Part shown: one piece after another, positions 35,813 through 47,800 of the stretch | Layout of the letters: the number at the start of each line of letters is the position of its first letter | Position numbering within the stretch: the stretch's first letter is position 1 | Assembly: GCA_950097015.1 (NCBI GenBank) | Contig: CATNEN010000001.1 | Span: 17,732,001-17,796,000 of the forward strand | Origin: Macrostomum hystrix | Taxonomy: Eukaryota; Animalia; Platyhelminthes | Length of the DNA: 64,000 nt | Direction: 5' to 3' | Program-made: the position numbers and the translations under genes | The notes under the pieces: generated by a model | Told to the model about the DNA's origin: nothing | The model's input: the letters and a program-made list of their open reading frames with translations, nothing else | Database searches by the model: none

Positions 35813-38800
35813 CAGTCAGTCAGTCAGTCAGTCAGTCAGTCAGTCAGTCAGTCAGTCAGTCAGTCAGTTAGTCAGTCAGTCAGTCAGTCAGTCAGTCAGT
35901 CAGTTAGTCAGTCAGTCAGTCAGTCAGTCAGTCAGTCAGTCAGTCAGTCAGTCAGTCAGTCAGTCAGTCAGTCAGTCAGTCAGTCAGTCAGTCAGTCAGT
36001 CAGTCAGTCAGTCAGTCAGTTAGTCAGTCAGTCAGTCAGTCAGTCAGTCAGTCAGTCAGTCAGTCAGTCAGTCAGTCAGTCAGTCAGTCAGTCAGTCAGT
36101 CAGTCAGTCAGTCAGTCAGTCAGTCAGTCAGTCAGTCAGTCAGTCAGTCAGTCAGTCAGTCAGTCAGTCAGTCAGTCAGTCAGTCAGTCAGTCAGTCAGT
36201 CAGTCAGTCAGTCAGTCAGTCAGTCAGTCAGTCAGTCAGTCAGTCAGTCAGTCAGTCAGTCAGTCAGTCAGTCAGTCAGTCAGTCAGTCAGTCAGTCAGT
36301 CAGTCAGTCAGTCAGTCAGTCAGTCAGTCAGTCAGTCAGTCAGTCAGTCAGTCAGTCAGTCAGTCAGTCAGTCAGTCAGTCAGTCAGTCAGTCAGTCAGT
36401 CAGTCAGTCAGTCAGTCAGTCAGTCAGTCAGTCAGTCAGTCAGTCAGTCAGTCAGTCAGTCAGTCAGTCAGTCAGTCAGTCAGTCAGTCAGTCAGTCAGT
36501 CAGTCAGTCAGTCAGTCAGTCAGCCAGTCAGTCAGTCAGTCAGTCAGTCAGTCAGTCAGTCAGTCAGTCAGTCAGTCAGTCAGTCAGTCAGTCAGTCAGT
36601 CAGTCAGTCAGCCAGTCAGCGAGTTGGTTTGTATTCATAATATTTACCTAGTGCAGCTCTAAATCCAGTAAAAAGCCAAAATAGTGAAGCCTCTGAAAGT
36701 TCGCAAGTTTATAACTGATCTCTCTCTGCTATCGTGCCCCAGCTACCTAGCTAATCTAGTCAATCAGCAAACCTAGTGACGTTCGGGCCAATCAGTCAGT
36801 TTATGAGGCTCAAGGCAATCGCTATGATTTTCGGCCTTCGGATTTTTGGTGCTTCCTGGAAACTTACCGCTGGACTGTTTGGTTAGTCCACACGGGTCGT
36901 GGCTTGTTTGATAAGTTGGCAGTTTTTTGGCGAGTGGAAAATTAAATTGGATTGTGCAAACTCTGTTGGCTAACTCACGTCACTGACTCACCACCTCAGG
37001 GCACCAGCTAAGCAGGCCATCCTTCTATTCTTTCTTATAAGCTCGGGACTCGATCCACCCAAATCACAGTCTAAAATCCCTGATCCCTATGATTCGAACA
37101 AGCCCGTTGGTGCCAAAACAAAATCTAGAGTCCTTCGCTTGGCACTCAGTGGACAATATTCGTTCGCAATGGATCGAAGAGTGGAAGAAACGTATATAGG
37201 GATATTTTCTATGCATTGCACCAGAGGGACATCATTCTTACTGCATTGAACCATAAACTTTCCTGTTCTACCTGCTGTGGCAGTGGCGGATGAGTCAGCC
37301 AGCACCAGCTTCATCAAGGCCAGATAAAAATCGGTTTCGGATTTTTATTCGTTAGCCCTACCAATTCTTTACGCACGGCTGCATTCTGGTCTAGGTAACT
37401 GTCAGCGATACGCGAACCCACACCCTCTCTCGCCTCTCATCCCATCCCAGGCAAAAAACTGTCAATTAACCAGCAGAAGACAGACAAGACAGAGCTTGAC
37501 CACGAGCTCAAAGTCAGGTCGCAATGCTTTCCAGCGAATAAATTTTCAGGTCTTCTTTGGCAATTTAGGATTTAAATTTGGCCACTTTTTTTAATTAGTG
37601 GGAGTCTTGATGGCCTTCATTTGCTCGGGTTTGACTTTGAATTGAATTGCTTTAAAGCAAAAGCAAAAGAGAGTTCCATTAATTGAATTCAATTCAATTA
37701 CTTTTCGCAGTTAATTTACAAGACATTTACGTAAATTAGCACATCATTTTGTGACACTAGACCCGCAGCCAGCGAGGAGGTAACTATGCCCATTCCGCTG
37801 ACTCCTGAGCACACACGCACACAGGTGTGTGCATGAGCACTGATGTCATTGTGTCAGGCAGTGTACACTCTCACTGTGCCCTGAAGGTTGGCCCTTAGGG
37901 GCGTAGATTGCACGACAAGCCCCCAAGCCTTCTCTCCGCGGCTGCGCCCCAAATGAAAAAAAGCGAAATCTTTTCACTGCCCAGTCGGTTGTTTCTGTGA
38001 AGGCAACCCGCTGAAGTGAATCAGTGCTATGCTAGGATTACACTTCTCAACACTGCCGATAATTAATTAAATTATAGAAATAGACAAGTAAGATTTAGAA
38101 TCCCTTTAGGGAACATCCTATTCCATTCCCACTCAAGCATAGTCATTCTCGCAACAACTCACAAAATTTTTACAAGGCTATAGGAAATTAGAAAAACAGT
38201 TTATAAACACTATCGATAAAATAGGTTGTGTACAAGCATAGTTGAATACCAGCTGCATGACATAAGACGTAACCTTTTTTATTGCATGACCACAATCGAT
38301 TTTTGTTGATGATTTAAAGGCAGAAAACTTAATGCCTTAATGAATTCCCAGATTTAACAAGTGACTCCCAGATCTAACTGGTAAACTCCCAGATCTAACA
38401 GGTAACTCCCAGATCTAACAGGCGACTCCCAGGTCTAACAGGTGACTCCCAGGTCTAACAGGTGACTCCCAGATCTAACAGGTAACTCCCAGATCTAACA
38501 GGTAACTCCCAGATCTAACAGGTAACTCTCAGATCTAACAGGTGACTCCCAGATCTAACAGGTAACTCCCAGATCTAACAGGTGACTCCCAGATCTAACA
38601 GGTAACTCCCAAATCTAACAGGTGACTCCCAGATCTAACAGGTAACTCCCAGATCCAGCAGTGCCAGTCGAGCGGCTCACTCCACCACATAGGTGGTGTA
38701 CTGGCAGCTCTCCGAGCAGAACAGCCGTCGCATTCTGGTCCGGTAGTCAGTCAGAAAGCACACGTGCAGCAGGAAGGCCAGCGGGTGATACAGGTAGTAC

Positions 38801-41800
38801 AGCAGGCTGAACATCTGGTACAGCGGACGGAAGGCGTCCTCGGGGAGCCAGACGGGCCGGTGGCCCCACATCAGCAACAGGGCAAGCATCGGAAAACTCA
38901 GCATGAGGTGGCTGCAGCCGAGCATCACAGCCAACCGGTTCGACTGCACCTGCTGTTGGCTCTGCTGCAGCCGGGGACCGGAGACGGTGTCAGACTTCAA
39001 CAGCTGGCTCTGCTGCTGGTTGTAGGCCTGACTGCAGCACAGGAGCTGGCAGACCAGCACAGCCAGCACAGGGCCCGGTATGAGTACAGCGGCCAGGTCG
39101 CGGAAGCACTGGTAGAGCACCGCGTACTCCGTCCGAAGGCCTTCGTTCGAACTCCGAATCCTCAGCACGGTGGCATTTGCCCTTGCGCTGACTGGCTCCA
39201 CGCTTTCCTGCACCTCCTTGATCCACAGCTGGGGCAGCGTGGCCACCAGCGTCACTATGGCAACCATTAGAACGGCCAAGCCGGCCTGCAGGCTGCCGCA
39301 GTAGGCCTGCCGCCGCATTCGCTTGACCGTCAGACGCCGCTCTGAGCACAGCACCAGCAGTGTCCAGGTGTAGGCCGCGCCAAGCCAGTCCTGCAGGCCG
39401 GCGCTCACAGCCACGAGGCGCGGATACCAGGCGAATGTGTCCGCGTAGGCGGGGGCGTGAATGGCTGCGGCCAAGCTCGAGACACCCGCCGACATCAGGG
39501 CCAGAGCAGCCAGGTGGCAGTCGACGCTGCCGCGGCACGACTTGGCCAAGCAGGCGGTGTTAAACAGAGAGAAAACCAAACCGAAGGTGAGCACACTTGG
39601 CAGGGCGTAGAAGTGGGCATTGCTCATCGACTCAGCGATCTCGCTGAGCATTGAACGGCTGGGTTTGTGATCACCGGATCCACTGACAATGAGTGACACG
39701 TTTTCCAACAGGGAACCGTTGGTGTTGTAGACAACACAGTCCAGACAGAATGTCGACATGACTTGGCGCCTTGGTGCCTGAAATTGATTTACGATAGTAC
39801 CTTCAGTTACTGAGCTGCCTCACCCAGTCCCTTCAGTTACTGAGCTGCCTCACCCAGTCGCTTCAGTTACTGAGCTGCCTCACCCAGTCCCTTCAGTTAC
39901 TGAGCTGCCTCACCCAGTCCCTTCAGTTACTGAGCTGCCTCACCCAGTCCCTTCAGTTACTGAGCTGCCTCACCCAGTCGCTTCAGTTACTGAGCTGCCT
40001 CACCCAGTCCCTTCAGTTACTGAGCTGCCTCACCCAGTCCCTTCAGTTACTGAGCTGCCTCAGCCAGTCCCTTCAGTTACTGAGCTGCCTCACCCAGTCC
40101 CTTCAGTTACTGAGCTGCCTCACCCAGTCCCTTCAGTTACTGAGCTGCCTCACCCAGTCCCTTCAGTTACTGAGCTGCCTCACCGAGTCCCTTCAGTTAC
40201 TGAGCTGCCTCACCCAGTCCCTTCAGTTACTGAGCTGCCTCACCGAGTCCCTTCAGTTACTGAGCTGCCTCACCCAGTCCCTTCAGTCCTGGCCTAAGAG
40301 TGCTAAACCAGAGAAGAGGAAACTGACGAATAATAGGCCAATTATCGATCGCAAAGCTCACACGCAGACAAACCAAGGTAAATAGGGCTTCAGTTGACTA
40401 TTATTCAGCAGTGGATATTTAAACTGTCAAACAAATTGCTGTATCAGTTTTCTAAACCGCTCAAAACCCAATACCAGGCATTTTCAATGGGGAACCTAAG
40501 TTTCTGATGTGGTCTGTTGGCCTGTTTGGTCGGGCCAAACACTAGTTCAACTTTTGCTTTAAGCACACAAATGGGCAGCACATGCTGCCAGTATAGTATC
40601 GTGCATTGGGCAGCATTTTCTCCAAGCAATTCTCTTTCAGCCTGTAATAAATGGATCGCATCAATGTAGACCAACACGAAAGAACAAGTTGCAGAGTGAT
40701 AGAGGGAATGAGAGGATCAGGGAGGATTTCCGTTTGCACTTGATCCTGTGGAATGCGGAGCCTGCAAGACTATTTCACAGGGCTAATCCTGTGCTGTACG
40801 CAACTTTTTATCCCATGAATTTGCTGCGCTTTCACTGCAGTCATGCAAAATCAACTTGGTCTGCAGGCATTTTGTCCCATGTAATTTCTCTCTTTAACAT
40901 TAGATAGACCAAGCACAATTTGCTGTTGCAATTAAGACCGAAGCTGTGGCCTATGCAGTTTTGGGACAGCTGGGATACCAAAATCTGAGCATTAGGTACA
41001 GTTCGCTACAGCATGCCAGTGTGTCCGATTTACCGCATCCAAAGTGGTGTCAATCAAGCCAGGGACGGCTCCACTTGCCACCAGACAGGATGAGGGAAGA
41101 AATATCCCCCATCGCAGCTGGAGAAGAGGTCACAGCCTCCGCGATCCCCCAAAGGGTCGCCTATTTAGCCTTGTTCATTCGCGCCAGCATCAGAACTGCT
41201 ATTTCTATCAAACTGGTCCAAGCAACTCAATTATGCTGGCATTTGGAAGCCAGCACCCAATCCATGCTGTTTGGCTACTTTTTGCATTTGCATATTTGTG
41301 CGGCCACTGCTAAACATTTGCACTGGTCTGGGAGAAAGGAGTAGGGAGGGTTGGGTGTCGCATCTCCCCGGGCCCTGCTCAAGACTATCAAAGGAGCACA
41401 CTTGCAGCTTCAATGGCACAGCTGAGTTGGGGTCAGAGAAGCTGCCAGAGCAAGCAGCACTTAAGCCCTCTTGTGTCCCAGCTTGTCTATTGGCCTAGCT
41501 GTTTCTGTCTTACATATTTCATAAACTGCACGTTATCTTCTTGGCAATCCAAGTATCTGGGCGTGTCACTAGGACGGCTTTCTTTCCTTCCTCGTGGAAC
41601 TGTCTATCGACTTATAGCCAGCATCCCGGCATGACCCCAGGCTAAATTTGGAGTAGCTCACCCTTGTTAGAATTTGCAGTTTCTGGTGCGATGCTTCGCC
41701 TTGTGTAACGAGAGACTCTGCAGTGAATAGCGATGCTTTTCCAGGACGAAGGGAATAGGCTTTGCAGAGCTAGTCTATTATACTAGTCTCATGCAGAAAC

Positions 41801-44800
41801 ACTTTTGGGTGTCAACAGCGGACGTTGGCAAGAGATGCAGTTCACTGTAGATTTGGTGATCACTGCCTGATTCTGACGCATGACTGACTTGGCCTGTTGT
41901 CAGAGGATGAGCTCTCAATCGTATTTTTAGCCCTGAAACAGAAACGATGCAGGCAGTTACGAAGAAGCTGCTGTGGCTCTAATCCTGTGCATTCTCTTTT
42001 GTGTGTCAGTCTTCTCTCCCCACCCACCAAGCCCACAGCCCTAATGCTGTATCTCTCTATCCAATCCTGGCGCCCCGCAGCCTGACAAGTGGCTGCTAGC
42101 GCGAGGCCGGGGCGCGCAGCAGTCGGTGGCAGCGGCTGAGCCACCATGCCAGGATTGTCTCCCTTAACGGGGGGTGCGTTTGGGCTGGGGCAATTGCAGA
42201 TAGCAGCCAATCCCTCACGGTGCTAATTGGCTAACTCAGCCTTGTGCAACGACAGAAGACTATCTGGCAATGAAAGCGTCTAACATGAAACAGTGGATCG
42301 GCGATCCAAGTTCGCGTGACCTCAGTGCAGCTGTCAATGCATGGAGTCGATGAAATATTTCACTATTTTAGCAAACTTTCAGAGGAAGGCAATTTATTTT
42401 CCGAAGCGCCACTGGGCCTGTCCATACTTGCAATATCAGTTTACATGGAGCTGCAGCAGTGAGCTTGTGGGGCGTTTAGCTTGACTAACTGGCTGACTAA
42501 AGCAGGTCCCCAGAGCACTGCGTATGATGAGCAGCATGCTTCCACAGTTTAAACTCTAGCATTTTTGCTGACTAACACTATTCTAACATTAGAGGTTCTT
42601 CTGAAGCTCGCGAACTCATTTCAGGGCACCGCAACCCTTATGCGTCTCAAGTTACACTTCCATCCGATGAAATATAATCAACTATTGGGACTTCCTTAAG
42701 TCTTGAAGAAATTTCTCTTTCGCTCAAGCCTCTGAGATTTGCGAGTGCGAATCCGTGCGAAATTTGAGCAAGTATGAAAAAGAGAGACCATCAGAAAGAC
42801 ACCCATCAATTTTTAGCTGGGTCTTTGTGAATTTAGTCTTTGTGAATTGTGTCTCAACTTTTGGCTCCCCGGTTACTGTCGTCTGGCTTTCGATCGATTT
42901 GATATTTTACCTTTTTGTAGTAATAATCATATCAATTGACTCTTGAGCACACTCCCACATGCATTTGCATCTGTCGGACAGTGCACATTCTCAAAGTGTT
43001 TCTTTGAACTTGAACCTCCCTCAGTTTTAATCGTATAATATTTATTACAGCTTACACCTTAAATGGTCTGTCTGCTTATCTCATTCGCTGTAGAATTATC
43101 CCCCTTTATCCCAGTCGCTGCATGTCCCATTTGTCCTATTGTAAGAAAATACCATCCTGAAATCTCCCAAGCAGTTTTATGACTCGGTCCTTTATCGTTA
43201 GGCGGGTAAAAATCATATTCCATATGGCCGCCAGCGCAAAATATGGTTGTCCTATAATACCAAAAAAGCTGACGGGCGATAAATCCCTGGATTATTTGGT
43301 TTGCCTTACACCAAATAAGCCCCCTACCCGAACTAGCCACTCTGCACTGAGTCCTAGTTCAACAGTAGCCTAATCTTATGCATGGGCACCACTGGGGTGT
43401 GTGTTCACAAAGGCCAGGAGGGATAGGATTGCAGGATCATTATCAGAGATTCAGTCTATAATCTTTAGGACTATGCATCGCTTGAGTCCCCAAGCCCAAT
43501 ATGTTCTTTTCGTATTTTTTTATCTATTCTAGTGTCTACTACTATCCTGTAGGCACTTGCCTACTATAAAATTCGTGGGTGGAGTGGGTAGAGATGAGAA
43601 AGAGAGAGACAGTATGGAGAGATGGAGATACAGTGGGTAAAAATGAGACAGTTGGTAGAGATGCGAGACAGACAGTGGGTAGAGGTAAGAGAGGAGACAG
43701 TGGGTAGAGATGAGAGAGACAGTGGGTAGAGATGAGAGAGACAGTGGGTAGAGATGAGAGAGAGACAGTGGCTAGAGATGAGAGAGAGACAGTGGGTAGA
43801 GAGGAGACAGTGGGTAGAGATAAGAGACAGTGGCTAGAGATGAGAGAGAGACAGTGGGTAGAGATGAGAGAGAGACAGTGGGTAGAGATGAGAGAGACAG
43901 TGGGTAGAGATGAGAGAGAGACAGTGGCTAGAGATGAGAGAGAGACAGTGGCTAGAGATGAGAGAGAGACAGTGGGTAGAGAGGAGACAGTGGGTAGAGA
44001 TGAGAGACAGTGGCTAGAGATGAGAGAGAGACAGTGGGTAGAGATGAGAGAGAGACAGTGGGTAGAGATGAGAGAGACAGTGGGTAGAGATGAGAGAGAG
44101 ACAGTGGCTAGAGATGAGAGAGAGACACAGTGGGTAGAGATGAGAGAGAGACAGTGGGTAGAGATGAGAGAGACAGTGGGTAGAGATGAGAGAGAGACAG
44201 TGGCTAGAGATGAGAGAGAGACACAGTGGGTAGAGATGAGAGAGAGACAGTGGGTAGAGATGAGAGAGACAGTGGGTAGAGATGAGAGAGAGACAGTGGC
44301 TAGAGATGAGAGAGAGACACAGTGGGTAGAGATGAGAGAGAGACAGTGGGTAGAGATGAGAGAGACAGTGGGTAGAGATGAGAGAGAGACAGTGGCTAGA
44401 GATGAGAGAGAGACACAGTGGGTAGAGATGAGAGAGAGACAGTGGGTAGAGATGAGAGAGACAGTGGGTAGAGATGAGAGAGAGACAGTGGCTAGAGATG
44501 AGAGAGAGACACAGTGGGTAGAGATGAGAGAGAGACAGTGGGTAGAGATGAGAGAGACAGTGGGTAGAGATGAGAGAGAGACAGTGGCTAGAGATGAGAG
44601 AGAGACACAGTGGGTAGAGATGAGAGAGAGACAGTGGGTAGAGATGAGAGAGACAGTGGGTAGAGATGAGAGAGAGACAGTGGCTAGAGATGAGAGAGAG
44701 ACAGTGGCTAGAGATGAGAGAGAGACACAGTGGGTAGAGATGAGAGAGAGACAGTGGGTAGAGATGAGAGAGACAGTGGGTAGAGATGAGAGAGAGACAG

Positions 44801-47800
44801 TGGCTAGAGATGAGAGAGAGACACAGTGGGTAGAGATGAGAGAGAGACAGTGGGTAGAGATGAGAGAGACAGTGGGTAGAGATGAGAGAGAGACAGTGGC
44901 TAGAGATGAGAGAGAGACAGTGGGTAGAGAGGAGACAGTGGGTAGAGATGAGAGACAGTGGCTAGAGATGAGAGAGAGACAGTGGGTAGAGATGAGAGAG
45001 AGACAGTGGGTAGAGATGAGAGAGACAGTGGGTAGAGATGAGAGAGAGACAGTGGCTAGAGATGAGAGAGAGACAGTGGCTAGAGATGAGAGAGAGACAC
45101 AGTGGGTAGAGATGAGAGAGAGACAGTGGGTAGAGATGAGACAGTTTTAGAGATTTAGTTTTAGAGGGTAGAGATGAAATATGGTGTGTGGATGAAGTCA
45201 GTATTGAAAAAGGACAAAAGTTTAAAACAGAAAATAAAACGATAGAGTTGGTTTTATTCTGCCTCTAAATGCATAAAAACGGGATAATTAAATGTTCTTT
45301 ATTCCAAGCAGCACGGAAAGTGTACTGTATATATTCCCTCGATTTTCTCGACAGTAGCAAAGCAGTGGAGGTGAAAGGTATTGCCACATCAGCAGCAAAT
45401 GTTTTAAAGTAATTCAGTTTCTGTTCTGCAATATGCCTTGATTTCGACCTGGGCTTCTTTTTTGACATTTGGAAAACAACCAAAAGTTTTTCGCATCAGT
45501 TCTGGGTCTGTCTGCATCCCCCAAGTCGACAGGCAAACAAACAAGGCTTTCTTGTGCAGCCTCTGACTGCTGCTGCTGTTGCTGCTGTACTTTTGACCCT
45601 TTATTGCAATATTGGCTAATGCCAATTCAAATTGATATAAGCCATCAGAACAGATCAGTCCTGTTTATTTTGCCGTCAGTGACGGCCAGGCAACCATGAT
45701 GCACTGGCAGAGCCGACAACAGACAATCTTGATAAATTATGTGGGTATTCCAAGTCTCACTTCCATTTTGTACCTATTGTAAAAATCTCTTGAATCTATC
45801 TATGGAGAAATCATTTTTTAGTCAATAGAAAGCCGGGTAGAAATGAAAACTTTACCCAGCTGGTTCAGGTAGGTTCACGTGCCACACTCATTTAGGTTTT
45901 AACTAAAATCTGATGCAGGAAACCAATTTCACAACTGAGAGAAATGCACAGACTGGGAGTTTGATGTCTTACTTAATGACACCAAATTATTCTCACTGGC
46001 TGAGATTCGGACAGCCGACATCTCGACCAGCGGTCAAAAGTTTTTACCCCAGTGGGTTAAACCAAGCCTTTTATTTGGCATATTAAATAGTTCTTCATTA
46101 TACGATTTCTAAAAAATACACATTTTATATATAAACTTTAAATCATAAATCGCAATTTCAGGCGATAAAACACTAAAATCTGAACTAGAATCTTTCAACC
46201 GGTGAGTCCACATTGCCCACTTACTACTGACTTTGCTTACTGAGTAGTGTGAGAAGTTAATCAGACTTTAATTCCAGCGATCTCAACTACGTCTATTCGA
46301 AGATGGTGCAAACTGTTCGCAACAAGATGAGCTCAGTCAATGCCGATTACAATTTTGACTTGGTGAGTGAGGTTTCGGAGTTTTGGGATCACTTTGGTGT
46401 ACAAGGGATTTACATTTTATACTTGCCCAACTCATTTGCAGCTGGGCGCGCAGCTCACCAAGGAACTCAGCCAGCAGCTGAGCATACCGCAGAGTCTCAT
46501 TCAGGTGAGCAGCGAGTGCCTCCGACCGACGTCCGCCGTCAGCAAGCCGCATCTGCGGTCGGTCAGCTGCATGGTGCAAGATTTGACGCCGGAGGCGCTT
46601 AGTGAAGCCCAATGGTGCGGATCTGTTGCCATTGCCGACACCTATTTCATCACCGAGAGTAAGATTTACAATATTAAATTATTTGAAGAAAGTAATTTCT
46701 TGAAAGAAGAAAGACCACAGGAGGTATTTCAAATGCCCAGTTTTATTTTTACTTATCTCCTAAAATATTCAGCCATTAAAATCCGGAACACGAGCTAAAA
46801 TTTTCCGCTTTATTTGATGAAACAACTTCCAGAATCACAAAACATCGCCATCGTCGAGATATTCAACGATTCTCGTCGTGGGTAACTGGTGGCACAAACC
46901 ACCAATATAGGAATACTTTTTGTGTTAACAAAATTTCATCGTGTACGATGCCGGCTATCATTGTTGACTATTTTAGATAATTTTTTTCATTTTTAACCAA
47001 TGCGGATTCGCCAAAGAGGTTTATACTCGTACAGAGCAATGTTAGTTGACACCGAGGTCTTCGACAAGAATCGCTGAATATCTCGACGATGCTGACTCGG
47101 ACGGCTTTGAAAGTCGGTTCATCGTAAAGGGCCGTAAGTATAGATTTAGATGGTGGACTTTGACGAAAATCGGTCATTCGGTTTGTGAGCCATCGTGAAG
47201 TAGGCAGTGGGTATTTAACAGGGCACAGCTTTTCTCACCCAACAGGCAGTGGCAGCCAGTGCTTGACAGCTGGGATCCCTGCCGCCTGTCACTGGAGCTG
47301 CGAACCTATACCAGCTGCTGTTCTACGACTTCTGAGTTCTGCCGGAGGCGATGCAGAGGAGCCTGCCTCGAATAGCCGCCTAGTGGAGCTGACAGTCAAC
47401 ATCGACTCAGACGCAGCGGCCACTGGGGTCGAGATGATTGCTGTCTGCCTAACCCGAGCCCGACTTCTGCTGCACAGCCAGAGGGAGTGCGCAGAGCAGC
47501 TACTGCAGCCACAACGTGCCAGGATTTTGCCTGGCGGGGATTCCCTTGATCAGCCTTGCCGACTGGCCTTTGATTTCGCCGACGCTGAGTCGGTGCCGAA
47601 CTCACACGAGCACCTGCTGAGCGGCCGTCGTCAGCTGCGGCTGCTGCTGACTGCTGGGTCTCGCTCTAAGCGCGACTTTTTTGCCAAAGTGGCTCCCGTG
47701 TGGCGCGCAGAAGGCTTCCTGACAACTGCCGCGATTCAGAAGGAGACTGGCGACGAGTCTGTTCAAGATCTACAGACTTATCAATCAAAGCGAGCCGAAC

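Noticed and set aside
24350-40288. CRISPR-like appearance of regular repeats (177, 61 and 30 bp)
   Set aside because: Units are head-to-tail with no unique spacers, there are no cas genes, and the context is eukaryotic.
40440-42240. Possible highly decayed LINE on the minus strand (GHAG-like remnant near 41630)
   Set aside because: Only one weak motif and no continuous frame; insufficient without a translated search.
43732-45150. 472-aa repetitive ORF, and similar ORFs at 5845, 19233-20849, 26983-27898 and 28534
   Set aside because: These are translations of minisatellites.
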